Source: an uncultured Eubacteriales bacterium
GTDB taxonomy: Bacteria; Bacillota; Clostridia; Christensenellales; CAG-138
Reading direction: 5' to 3'
Assembly (NCBI GenBank): GCA_902786465.1
Contig: CADACQ010000009.1
Location: forward strand, 3,339 to 67,338
DNA length: 64,000 bases
The notes under the pieces were generated by a model. The model did not search any database, was not told where the DNA came from, and saw nothing but the letters and a program-made list of their open reading frames with translations. The position numbers were made by a program, and so were the translations under genes. This document shows positions 39,277 through 47,851 of this stretch, piece by piece. Position 1 is the stretch's first letter; every line of letters starts with the position of its first letter.

Positions 39277-39780
39277 TCACCCGACTGGGAAGCTGTTCCA
39301 CGGGGGGATGCCTACCTTCCCTATGCGGATGCCTGTCATTTCAAAGATGCGGTTCTTCAGCCGTTCCTGCAGCATGGCCGCCAGCGGCGCCACGGCCACG
39401 CCGGGATTGAGCGCCATCTCCAGCTCCAGATCCACGCCGCTGCCGTTGTTCTTCACCGTGCTCTTGCAGGAACGGACGCCGTCGCAGTCCTGTGCGATCT
39501 TTTTGGCCATATCGCTGATCACGTTCAGATTCACATAGGCGCTGCCGTTCTCACCCTCGTGGACCAGGGCCGCCTCCTGGCGCTTGCGGGCCGCACGGCG
39601 CAGATGAAGCCCCACCGCAGCCAGGATGCTGACAAGGGCCAGCACGCCTACCGTCACCCGCACCGCGCTCACCTGGAGCCAGGCAAGGGACGGGAACAGG
39701 ACCAGGACGATGAGCAGCAAGCCCAACAGGACGGCCAGCACAGAGAGTACCCAAAGGAGCAACCGGTCAAACAGCTTCAT
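39277..39780 (-). CDS. amaP: Alkaline shock response membrane anchor protein AmaP
   Basis: 167 aa with two N-terminal TM helices. Follows asp23. Confidence 0.75.
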   Translation of the reverse strand: MKLFDRLLLWVLSVLAVLLGLLLIVLVLFPSLAWLQVSAVRVTVGVLALVSILAAVGLHLRRAARKRQEAALVHEGENGSAYVNLNVISDMAKKIAQDCDGVRSCKSTVKNNGSGVDLELEMALNPGVAVAPLAAMLQERLKNRIFEMTGIRIGKVGIPPWNSFPVG

Positions 39781-39850
39781 AGCTTTCTTCCCTTTCCACC
39801 GGCAAGAGCCCGCCCCGAGGCGGGCTCCGGCCAGGATCGTTATAACTGAA

Positions 39851-40297
39851 TCACTTCACGCGGGGCGCGGGCGCTTCGGGCTCCTCCACCTCGGGTTCGG
39901 GTTCGGGCGCGGGGGCCGGCTCTTCCTTCTTTTCCGGCTCGAAGTAGATGCCGTTCACGTTCACGTTGACTTCCACCACCTTGAGGCCGGTCATGGTCTC
40001 GATGGCGTTCTTGATCTCCTGCTGCACCTTCTGGGCAACTTCCTGAATGCGATAGCCGTACTTGACCACGATGGTGATGTCACAGGCGCACTCCTCGGTG
40101 CCCACCTCGACCTTCACGCCCTTGGTGTAATTCTTCTTGCCCAACTTCTCAGAGAGGCCTTCCATGGTGGTGCCGATCATGGCATGGACGCCCTCCACCT
40201 CGCTGGCTGCCAGGAAGGCGATGGTCGCCACCACGTCCTCGGCAAATACGATCTTTCCGCCCTGGATGTTCTCAATGTTGGTATCGACTTCGTTCAT
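39851..40297 (-). CDS. Asp23/Gls24 family envelope stress protein
   Basis: The ATG at 40297 gives MNEVDTNIENIQGGKIVFAEDVVATIA, with an acidic/proline C-terminal tail. Confidence 0.88.
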   Translation of the reverse strand: MNEVDTNIENIQGGKIVFAEDVVATIAFLAASEVEGVHAMIGTTMEGLSEKLGKKNYTKGVKVEVGTEECACDITIVVKYGYRIQEVAQKVQQEIKNAIETMTGLKVVEVNVNVNGIYFEPEKKEEPAPAPEPEPEVEEPEAPAPRVK

Positions 40298-40374
40298 TGT
40301 GTTGACCTCCTTCTGGTTTTTGGTCACATTGATACGGTAACAGTATACCAACTTCTGCGGAAAAAGGCAACCCG

Positions 40375-40896
40375 TTATTGTGCGGTTGACACCTTGATAT
40401 TTTCCGCCGTTTCGCCCGTCTGCCGCAGGACGATGTCCAGTATCTGGGCCACCTGCTCGTCGGTCAGGGCGTCGGCGTCCACGATCACGTTGACGGACCC
40501 GTTGTGCATGGACACGATGACCTCCTCAAAGCCCTTGGCCCGGATCAGGTTCTCCGTGTTCAGCTCCGACTCCATGCAGTCCACCAGCGTCATCTTCTGC
40601 TTCTGGGCCTCGGACAGGGTGGCTTCGTCCCCGCCCTGGGCCACTATGGCGTCGAGATACGCCAGCTCCTGGGTCCTGACGCTGTCCCGTTCGCTGCGAT
40701 ACATGTCGAAGAAGCTCCCCTGGGCCCCCGGCGCGGACACGCTGACCGCTGCCGTGGCGGCCTTGGCCGCCTTCTCCTCGTTCCGGTTCATGATGACGTT
40801 GGCGGCCACCGCGGCTAGCAGCAGCAGGCACACCGCAAAGAGCGTCATGGTGCGTCGGTTCAGCAGTTTCCTCATGTTTTGGATGGATGGTCTCAT
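40375..40896 (-). CDS. spoIIIAH: Stage III sporulation protein AH
   Basis: N-terminal TM helix, FFDMYRSERDSVR region, last gene of the spoIIIA operon. Confidence 0.85.
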   Translation of the reverse strand: MRPSIQNMRKLLNRRTMTLFAVCLLLLAAVAANVIMNRNEEKAAKAATAAVSVSAPGAQGSFFDMYRSERDSVRTQELAYLDAIVAQGGDEATLSEAQKQKMTLVDCMESELNTENLIRAKGFEEVIVSMHNGSVNVIVDADALTDEQVAQILDIVLRQTGETAENIKVSTAQ

Positions 40897-40954
40897 GTTT
40901 TTTCCTCCTTATCGAATATTGTCAGATCTGGGGATATGGACTTCATGGTCTATC

Positions 40955-41509
40955 CTATGAGGGATAGTTCATTTCAAACACCTCGATGCAGGAAAGGGGC
41001 ACCCCAGTCACCGCCTGCACCGCCCGCTGAAGGCTCAGCCGCACGGCCGGGTCCGCCGCCCCCTCCGCCACCACGATGACGCCCCGGATCTCCGGCTCCC
41101 GTTCCACCAGGATGATGGGGCTTTGTCCGCCCTCAGTGGCGACGGTGGCAGGCTGCTTCATCTCCCGGGACTGCTCCGACCGGGTGGCGGTATTGGCGCC
41201 AGAGGTCTCGGACACGCTCTCGTCCAGGGTGCTGACGGTGGCGGCCACCCGCTCCCCCGCCGTGGCGTAGGTGACGAGGACCCGGACCTTGCCCGCGCCG
41301 CGCACGGTGCTCAGGATGTCCTCCAGCCGCATTTCCAGCGTAGCCTCCGCCGCCGCCGTGGGCCCGTCCCGGGGCGCGGCCTGGAACCAGCCCTCGCCCA
41401 GGCCGTAGAAGAAGCCCGCCAGCAGAAGCAGCGTCCCGTACAGGACCCAGGAGGCGTATTTCCAGCTCCGCAGCCGATCCCAGGCGGCTTTCATCCCCGT
41501 CCCCTTCAT
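40955..41509 (-). CDS. spoIIIAG: Stage III sporulation protein AG
   Basis: 184 aa with an N-terminal TM helix, a C-terminal ring-building-type domain (PEIRGVIVVAEGA) and operon position. Confidence 0.85.
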   Translation of the reverse strand: MKGTGMKAAWDRLRSWKYASWVLYGTLLLLAGFFYGLGEGWFQAAPRDGPTAAAEATLEMRLEDILSTVRGAGKVRVLVTYATAGERVAATVSTLDESVSETSGANTATRSEQSREMKQPATVATEGGQSPIILVEREPEIRGVIVVAEGAADPAVRLSLQRAVQAVTGVPLSCIEVFEMNYPS

Positions 41510-41662
41510 TCATCCTCCCTTCAGCGCCAGCCAAAAGAGGCGCAAAGCTTCCAACAGATAGCAGACGGACACGGCTCGCCGGCCCGCCGCCCCCACGGTC
41601 CCCGAGGGGAACAGCAGCAGCAACAGGCCCGTGACGGCGCCGCACACGCAGAGATCCAGCAT
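41510..41662 (-). CDS. spoIIIAF: Miniature SpoIIIAF (N-terminal membrane segment only)
   Basis: A 50-aa ORF (MLDLCVCGAVTGLLLLLFPSG ... LFWLALKGG) fills the only gap between spoIIIAE and spoIIIAG. GAGGGAAGGG lies upstream. Confidence 0.55.
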   Translation of the reverse strand: MLDLCVCGAVTGLLLLLFPSGTVGAAGRRAVSVCYLLEALRLFWLALKGG

Positions 41663-41670
41663 CCCTTCCC

Positions 41671-42780
41671 TCACGATCCGCCTCCGAAGCAGCCCGCCGC
41701 CCCGCCGATGGACACGCCCAGCATGGCCCCGGCGGCCAGGATCAGCGCCCCGAGGACAGTCAGCATCTCCCCCAGGGCAGCCAGCATGGTGCCCATCTCC
41801 CGCTGATCGAGGGGCAGGAGCAGGGCGGCCGCCCCCCGTAGGCCGAAACCGTGCAGCAGCAGCGCCAGGGCGGGCCCCGCCGCCTGCCAGAGAGCCAGCA
41901 GCATGCCGGTCCGGCCCAGGGCCCCCTTCACCAGGCCCAGGCATGCCGCGGCGGCGCTCAAGGAATCCGACACCATGGACCCCACCAGGGGCAGGCTCCC
42001 CGCCGCCACCCGGCCCGTTCGCAGCAGCAGGGAATCCATCCCCGCCGCGCCGGCGCCCATGAGGGCCGCCAGGAGGGAGTAGCCCAGGGAGATGGCCCGC
42101 ACGCCCCAGCGGGCCACGGCGAACAGCAGCCGGGAGAAGGAGGCGAGCACGCTGTCCCCCGTCAGGTCCGCCGCCCGCAGGACCCCCGCCGACAGGATGA
42201 GGGGCACCAGGCCCCCTTCCATCCAGCGCAGGCAGGTATGGACCAACAGCTCCCCCAAGGTCCCCATGAGGGCTGCCCCCTGGGGACTGCCGAGGAGCAG
42301 CAGCGCTCCGGTCATGAGGGGCACGGTCACGTCCGCCAGGGCCAGGATCCCTCTTAAGCATGCAAGGCCCCGCCGAATTAGGGGCACCAGCCGCAGGAGC
42401 AGCAAAGCCGCCAGCCCTACGGACAGCACCCGGCGGGCGGGCACGCTGGGGGCGTCCAGCAGCGTTTCGAAGAGGGCCGCCAGGACCCCGGTGACCAGGG
42501 CGATCAAAAACAGCGACGCCGCCCCGGGCAGGCCCGCCCGGCCCTTCTCCTGCAGCCAGACGATGAGCCGGGACGGGTCCTCCTCCCCCTCCGCCAAGGA
42601 GCGGACCAGGGCGGAGGGCCGCTGCCACGGCTCCGTCCCCTCCAGGCGGGAGAAGAAATCGTCCCAGGCAGCCAGATCCACCCCGTCGAGCGCGTCCCCC
42701 GTATCCGTAGGGGGCAGGGTGGCCGCAGGGCCGTCCAAAGGGGAAAGCAGCAGCAAGCCGCAGAGCAGGAGCGCCGTCAT
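41671..42780 (-). CDS. spoIIIAE: Stage III sporulation protein AE
   Basis: The ATG at 42780 (MTALLLCGLLLL) overlaps the spoIIIAD stop. Polytopic membrane protein of 369 aa. Confidence 0.88.
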   Translation of the reverse strand: MTALLLCGLLLLSPLDGPAATLPPTDTGDALDGVDLAAWDDFFSRLEGTEPWQRPSALVRSLAEGEEDPSRLIVWLQEKGRAGLPGAASLFLIALVTGVLAALFETLLDAPSVPARRVLSVGLAALLLLRLVPLIRRGLACLRGILALADVTVPLMTGALLLLGSPQGAALMGTLGELLVHTCLRWMEGGLVPLILSAGVLRAADLTGDSVLASFSRLLFAVARWGVRAISLGYSLLAALMGAGAAGMDSLLLRTGRVAAGSLPLVGSMVSDSLSAAAACLGLVKGALGRTGMLLALWQAAGPALALLLHGFGLRGAAALLLPLDQREMGTMLAALGEMLTVLGALILAAGAMLGVSIGGAAGCFGGGS

Positions 42781-43175
42781 GGGCCTATCTCCGCCAGCAC
42801 GGTCTCGGCGGAGCGAAGCACCTCCCGGACGGCGGGCAGCATGGCGCACAGGATCATGACCCGGCCGCACAGCTCCACCTTCAGGGCGATGTTCCCCTGG
42901 CCCCCGTCCCGGCAGATGCGGCTCCCCGCCTCCGTGAGACACGCAAGGCCCAGGATGCGGATCACCCGGCTCAAATACTCGGAGGACAGCTGGCCGAAGC
43001 CGGTCAGCTCCCGCAGGGAGACGCCCAGCTCCTCCGTCTGCCCCAGCAGCATTATGAGCAGCAGCGCGCCTGTGGCGAGGCCCGTCAGCAGGCCATAGCC
43101 CCCGTTATGCCGGGCCAGGGTCACCGCCAGGAGCGTGCCCACGATCCCCACGCCCAGAACGCGCATCAGCTCCAT
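42777..43175 (-). CDS. spoIIIAD: Stage III sporulation protein AD
   Basis: 132-aa membrane protein at the expected operon position. Confidence 0.88.
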   Translation of the reverse strand: MELMRVLGVGIVGTLLAVTLARHNGGYGLLTGLATGALLLIMLLGQTEELGVSLRELTGFGQLSSEYLSRVIRILGLACLTEAGSRICRDGGQGNIALKVELCGRVMILCAMLPAVREVLRSAETVLAEIGP

Positions 43176-43187
43176 TCATTACCTCCT

Positions 43188-43385
43188 TCAATACAGGGAA
43201 AATACCCGCCGGATGGTCTCCATCAGGGAATTGACCGTCTCCAGCACCAGGAGCGTGCCGATGGCCAGGCCCACCACCGCCACCAGAGCCGCCAGCTCCT
43301 CTCGGCCGCTTTGCTTCAACAGGGTCATGATCACGGACACCAGCAGCCCCAGGCCCGCGATCTTGATGAGGATCTCGATCTGCAT
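43188..43385 (-). CDS. spoIIIAC: Stage III sporulation protein AC
   Basis: 65 aa, MQIEILIKIAGLGLLVSVIMTLLKQSGREE. The longer ORF to 43559 overlaps spoIIIAB. Confidence 0.88.
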   Translation of the reverse strand: MQIEILIKIAGLGLLVSVIMTLLKQSGREELAALVAVVGLAIGTLLVLETVNSLMETIRRVFSLY

Positions 43386-43386
43386 A

Positions 43387-43836
43387 TCACAGGACCAGCA
43401 GCAGGGCCGCCGCGCCGGTGAGATACCCCACGGAGCGATAGACCTGCCCCTTGTTCTTGAGCTCGGCAGCGGTTTGCTCCCGGCTTCGCTGGAGCAGGGC
43501 CAGCAGGGCGTCCCGTTCCGCCCGCAACGCTGCCGGGGACCGGGTCTCGGACCTAGCATAGGCGGCGAGAGCGCTTTGTTCCTCCGCCGTCAGCAGGGGC
43601 ATGGACGGTTCCTTGCCTCTTGCCAGCTCCAAAAGTTGCTCCCGTTCCGGCGAGGGTGGGCAGCGCAAGGCGCTTTCCTGAAAGGATAACAGAGCGGTGA
43701 GCTGCCGTTCGCCGATCTCGCGGATGAGCTCAAAGAGCTTTAGCAGCGCCTGCGCCCGGCGCTGCAGACGGCGGCTCCTACTTTCCCCCGCCAAGGCGCA
43801 CAGCAAAAACAGGGCGATCCCCGCTAACAGCTTCAC
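43387..43836 (-). CDS. spoIIIAB: Stage III sporulation protein AB
   Basis: 149 aa with N- and C-terminal TM helices at the expected operon position. Confidence 0.85.
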   Translation of the reverse strand: MKLLAGIALFLLCALAGESRSRRLQRRAQALLKLFELIREIGERQLTALLSFQESALRCPPSPEREQLLELARGKEPSMPLLTAEEQSALAAYARSETRSPAALRAERDALLALLQRSREQTAAELKNKGQVYRSVGYLTGAAALLLVL

Positions 43837-44735
43837 AGCGTCTTTCCCTCCTCGTCTCGTATCTCCTGGACCTGGCCGCAGCCCGTCAAGCGCACGTACC
43901 GCTGGAAGGTCCTGCCCTCAAAGAGCCGCCCCATCCCCTCCCGGCGCAGCAGCTCCTCAAAGGTGCCGCCGTGGGCTGTGCAGAGCACGTCCACGCCCCG
44001 GCTTTTCGCTTCCAGCACCGCCGCCACGTCGGAGGTGAGGTTCAGCTCGTCCGCCGCCAGGACCTGGGGGCCCATGGTGGACAGCAGCCGCAGCAGCCCC
44101 TCCCCCTTGCTGACGCCGGAGAGCACGTCCGTCCGATCCCCCAGATCGAAGGCCCCGCCCCCTTCCCCGGCGATCTCGTACCGCTCGTCCACCACGCCCA
44201 CCCGGTGGGGCGTCGCCCCGGCGAGGCCGTCGGACAGGAGGCGGATCAGGTCCCGGAGCAGGGTGGTCTTGCCACAGCCCGGGGCGGAATAGAGGAGGGT
44301 GGAGCGCAGGCGCCCCTCCTGGAGCAGATCCGGCAGCACCCCTTCCCCGCAGCCCACCACGGGCCGGAGGATGCGGATGCAGAAGCCCGTGACCGCAGCG
44401 GGCGCGCCGGTCTCGGCGGATATCCGCCCGGTGACGCCCACCCGGCCCCCTTGCTGCAGGGTGATGAACCCCTGCCGTATCTCCTTCTCCCAGGCGTACC
44501 GGGCGTGGTTGCAGAAGGCGGACAAGAGCCCCTCCTGCTCCCCCTCCCGCAGCATGGGCCGGCCGTTGGGGGCGTAGAGCAGCCGGCTCCCGGTAGCCGT
44601 CACCACCTCCATGGGCCGGCCCAGGCGCAGCCGTATCTCCGTGGCTCCGGAAAGGTCCAGGGGTGCCAGAGCCTGACGCATGTCCTCCGTCAGCAGGGGC
44701 AACAGCCAGGTTTTCCAATTCGTTCCTTCGTCCAT
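43833..44735 (-). CDS. spoIIIAA: Stage III sporulation protein AA (ATPase)
   Basis: Walker A APGCGKTTLLRDL and the EIRLRLGRPMEVV region. The ORF is open to 44780, but that part overlaps the upstream terminator, so the ATG at 44735 is preferred. Confidence 0.88.
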   Translation of the reverse strand: MDEGTNWKTWLLPLLTEDMRQALAPLDLSGATEIRLRLGRPMEVVTATGSRLLYAPNGRPMLREGEQEGLLSAFCNHARYAWEKEIRQGFITLQQGGRVGVTGRISAETGAPAAVTGFCIRILRPVVGCGEGVLPDLLQEGRLRSTLLYSAPGCGKTTLLRDLIRLLSDGLAGATPHRVGVVDERYEIAGEGGGAFDLGDRTDVLSGVSKGEGLLRLLSTMGPQVLAADELNLTSDVAAVLEAKSRGVDVLCTAHGGTFEELLRREGMGRLFEGRTFQRYVRLTGCGQVQEIRDEEGKTL

Positions 44736-44778
44736 GGTCCACTGTATGTGACGGCTTTGGTGCACATGTGCATGCAAC

Positions 44779-44808
44779 AAAAAAAGCGGCCCGCCGTAGC
44801 GAACCGCT
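44779..44808 (-). terminator. Terminator after the U32 peptidase gene
   Basis: Minus strand AGCGGTTCGC-TAC-GGCGGGCCGCT (with G-U pairs) followed by TTTTTTT. Confidence 0.7.
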
Positions 44809-44823
44809 GAACAATATGTGGAA

Positions 44824-46848
44824 TTATAACAAGGTGCGGAAGGCCAGGCCGGAGGTGCGGTCGAACCAGGGATCTTTCCCCCGGCGGAAGCCCTCGTAGA
44901 CCTGCCGACAGGTCCTGCTGTCCTCCGTGGTGAAGTAAAGGGTCACGAAGTCGAAGGGCGGCAGGGCCTTGTCCCCCAGGTACAGGGGCACGGAGTTGAG
45001 GAGGGTGGTGTACCGCCGTTCGTGGCAGACCATGGGGAATGTGACGCCCTTGCGGTCCACCAGCTGGGGCTTTCCTGTGCAAGTGCCGCAGCCCTTCTCC
45101 CCCCGAGCGGGGCAGGCGCGGAACTGCATGATGGGGAATCGGCCGTAGCCAAGGATCCCCCGAGGCTTCTTTCCGCCCAGCTTCGCGCCCATCTTCACGG
45201 GCAGCTCGAAGGACAGGGTGGCGTCCGCGAGACCCATGGCCTCGTAGGCCTCCAAAGACAGGGTGTTGGTCACGTTCAGGGTGGGGCCGCCGTGGACGAC
45301 GAGCTCGGCCCGCTGGGCCAGGACCAGCTCGCACACGTTTCCCGCCACCGCGTCCGTGAGGCCCTTCTCCTTCAGGGCGAGGAGCCGGTCCAGGGCCGCC
45401 TGTTCCTCCAGGGGCCAGACGAGCTGCGGGAGCTCCACCCACAGGGGCACGGCTTCCTGCAGCAGCTCCGGATGGCGTTCGATCTCCTCCAGGGGCAGGG
45501 CCACCGCTTCCGCCTCCGTTGGGAAGAAGGCCTGCTCCGCCCGCTCAAAGCGCAGGCGCAGGGCTTGTTTTTGGGGTGTATAGGGCCCTATCTCGGGCGT
45601 TGCCATGGGGTGGAGGGCGTAGCCGTTGCCCCGGCTGCGCATCTCCAACAGCTTATCCAGGGCCTCCCGCCGAAGGCCGTTCACCAGGGAGCCGGGCACG
45701 GGCAGGCCCTCGGGCAGCTCCACCCGGCAGTCGCGCACGGTGAAGGGCGTGCCGCCGGTCTTATTCAGGTTCCGCCGGGCGATATCCTCGGTCAGCGGGG
45801 CCATGTCCCCATTCGGTATGGGCACGGCGGCCTGGGCCCGACGGCCAGCGCCGTCCTCCGCCGTGAGCGAAAGGGTATCGTCGGTGGCGGTCAGCTTTAG
45901 GTCCACGGGCACGCCGGGGAACTCCCGACGGTAGAGGTCGGCCAGCTTCCCGAACACGGTCTTGGACGCCGCAGCGTCCTCCGCGGTGCGGACGCCGAAC
46001 ATGCGCACGCTCCGCTTGCCGGTGAGATACCCGTCGGTGAAGCCGCTGCGGGAGAACACCGCTTGCAAGGTGGCCATATCCGGCTCCTTGCCTTCGAGGG
46101 CGGTGCGGACGGCGGTGACGGCGGCAGCCACGTACTCCGGCCGCTTCATGCGGCCCTCGATCTTCACGGAGCAGACCCCCGCCGCTTCCAGGTCCCGGAC
46201 CCGGGTGATGAAGCTCATGTCCTTCAAGGACAGGGCGTAGGGCCGCCCGTTGCAGGATGCGTTGAGCCGGCAGGGCTGGGCGCACAGGCCCCGGTTGCCG
46301 CTCCTTTCCCCCATCATGGCGGAGTAGTAGCACATGCCGGACACGCTCATGCACAGGGCCCCGTGGACGAAGACCTCCAGCTCCGCCCTGGTCTCGCGCC
46401 GAATGGCCCGTATCTCCTCCAAAGTCAGCTCCCGGGCCAGGACCACCCGGGAAAAGCCCATATCCTCCAGGGCCTTCACCCCGGTGGCGTTGTGGACGGA
46501 CATCTGGGTGGAACCCACCAGCGGCAGGTCGGGGCAGATGGTCTTCAGCACCTGCGCCACGGCCAGGTCCTGGACGATGACCCCGTCGGGCCCCGCCTCC
46601 GCCACCTCCCGGGCCGCGGTCAAAAAGGCGGGCAACTCCTCGTCCCGGATGAGGGTGTTGAGGGTCACGTACACCTTCACCCCCCGGCCGTGGCAGTAGT
46701 TCACCGCCTCGGCAAGGCTGTTGTCCTTGAAATTGTCCGCGTTGCGCCGGGCGTTGAAGGCGCCGGTGCCCAAATAGACGGCGTCGGCGCCGCTCCTTAC
46801 GGCGGCGATCAGGCTTTGTTCGTTTCCGGCAGGAGCCAATATCTCCAT
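44824..46848 (-). CDS. U32 family peptidase-like protein (family now linked to RNA hydroxylation, RlhA/TrhP type)
   Basis: The ATG at 46848 gives MEILAPAGNEQSLIAAVRSGADAVYLG, 674 aa. The upstream 346 codons of the 1020-aa ORF are antisense to the gene at 46957..47847. Confidence 0.88.
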   Translation of the reverse strand: MEILAPAGNEQSLIAAVRSGADAVYLGTGAFNARRNADNFKDNSLAEAVNYCHGRGVKVYVTLNTLIRDEELPAFLTAAREVAEAGPDGVIVQDLAVAQVLKTICPDLPLVGSTQMSVHNATGVKALEDMGFSRVVLARELTLEEIRAIRRETRAELEVFVHGALCMSVSGMCYYSAMMGERSGNRGLCAQPCRLNASCNGRPYALSLKDMSFITRVRDLEAAGVCSVKIEGRMKRPEYVAAAVTAVRTALEGKEPDMATLQAVFSRSGFTDGYLTGKRSVRMFGVRTAEDAAASKTVFGKLADLYRREFPGVPVDLKLTATDDTLSLTAEDGAGRRAQAAVPIPNGDMAPLTEDIARRNLNKTGGTPFTVRDCRVELPEGLPVPGSLVNGLRREALDKLLEMRSRGNGYALHPMATPEIGPYTPQKQALRLRFERAEQAFFPTEAEAVALPLEEIERHPELLQEAVPLWVELPQLVWPLEEQAALDRLLALKEKGLTDAVAGNVCELVLAQRAELVVHGGPTLNVTNTLSLEAYEAMGLADATLSFELPVKMGAKLGGKKPRGILGYGRFPIMQFRACPARGEKGCGTCTGKPQLVDRKGVTFPMVCHERRYTTLLNSVPLYLGDKALPPFDFVTLYFTTEDSRTCRQVYEGFRRGKDPWFDRTSGLAFRTLL

Positions 46849-46875
46849 GGCAGGACCTCCCCCTCGTTTGTCTCT

Positions 46876-46904
46876 ATTATAGCGATCCAAATCCCTCCTT
46901 GCAA
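46876..46904 (-). promoter_or_regulatory. Promoter of the U32 gene
   Basis: Minus strand TTGCAA (46904..46899), 17 nt, TATAAT (46881..46876). Confidence 0.65.
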
Positions 46905-46927
46905 TCGCTCTTTTGTGCGGGTATACT
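46899..46927 (+). promoter_or_regulatory. Promoter of the plus-strand acyltransferase-like/lipoprotein cluster
   Basis: TTGCAA (46899..46904), 17 nt, TATACT (46922..46927). The -35 hexamer is the same palindromic TTGCAA used by the divergent promoter. Confidence 0.65.
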
Positions 46928-46956
46928 ATAGAAAACCCTTGGAAAGGCGCAGCGAT

Positions 46957-47847
46957 ATGGAAGTCAAGAAGTTCAGAAAAAAGTGGGGCGATCGGAAGGA
47001 CGGCCGCCGGATCAGGAGTCTCACCGCCATGGCCATGGTCTCCCCCTATATCATGGTGACCCGGAATACCTCCAGCAACTTCTTCCGGGATACGGTGGAG
47101 ATCACGGAGATCGAGAAGTATATCCGTGAGAAGCGGAAGGAAGGGCTGAAGAACTTCGGCATCATGCACGTGATCATCGCCGCCTACGTGCGGGCGGTCT
47201 CCCATCGGCCCGCCGTCAACCGGTTCATCGCCGGGCAAAAGATCTACGCCCGGGACGAGTATATCGAGATGAGCCTGGTGGTCAAGAAGGAGATGTCCGC
47301 GGACTCCCCCGACACCTGCATCAAGCCCATACTGGACGCCCACGATACGGCGGCGGAGATCTACCACAAGATCAACGCCCTCATCGAGCAGAACAAGGCC
47401 ACGGCGGAGCTGAACAACAACTTCGACAACACGGCCAAGCTTTTCTCCTTCATCCCCGGGGTGCTGCTGAAGTTCGCCGTGTGGCTGCTGAAGCTGTTGG
47501 ACTACTTCGATCTGCTGCCCCGGAAGCTGACCATGGCCAGCCCCTTCCACGCCTCCTTCTTCATCACGTCCATGGGCTCCTTGGGCATCCCGCCCATCTA
47601 CCACCACCTGTACGACTTCGGGAACATCCCTGTGTTCCTGGCCTTCGGGTCCAAGTACCGGAAGCACGAGGTGAACGCCGACGGCACCGTGTCCGAACGG
47701 AAGTACGTGGACATCACCGCCGTCACCGACGAGCGCATCTGCGACGGTTTCTACTACGCCTCCGCCTTCAAGCTCATGCGGACCTACCTCAAGAACCCCT
47801 CCGTACTGGACGAGCCCGTGCTGGGGCCCGTGCGGGACGTGGACTAA
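46957..47847 (+). CDS. 2-oxoacid dehydrogenase E2 / chloramphenicol-acetyltransferase-fold acyltransferase-like protein (no lipoyl domain)
   Basis: 296 aa. The C-terminal motif VTDERICDGFYYA aligns with the family DHRxxDG motif. Confidence 0.75.
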   Translation: MEVKKFRKKWGDRKDGRRIRSLTAMAMVSPYIMVTRNTSSNFFRDTVEITEIEKYIREKRKEGLKNFGIMHVIIAAYVRAVSHRPAVNRFIAGQKIYARDEYIEMSLVVKKEMSADSPDTCIKPILDAHDTAAEIYHKINALIEQNKATAELNNNFDNTAKLFSFIPGVLLKFAVWLLKLLDYFDLLPRKLTMASPFHASFFITSMGSLGIPPIYHHLYDFGNIPVFLAFGSKYRKHEVNADGTVSERKYVDITAVTDERICDGFYYASAFKLMRTYLKNPSVLDEPVLGPVRDVD

Positions 47848-47851
47848 AGCG

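Noticed and set aside
44741-44772. SigE-like -10 (CATACAGT, 44748..44741) and a 12-bp palindrome TGCACATGTGCA (44761..44772) upstream of spoIIIAA
   Set aside because: The -10-like motif ends only 5 nt before the preferred ATG. I could not find a convincing matching -35. The start codon itself is uncertain. This is too weak to call a promoter or operator from sequence alone.
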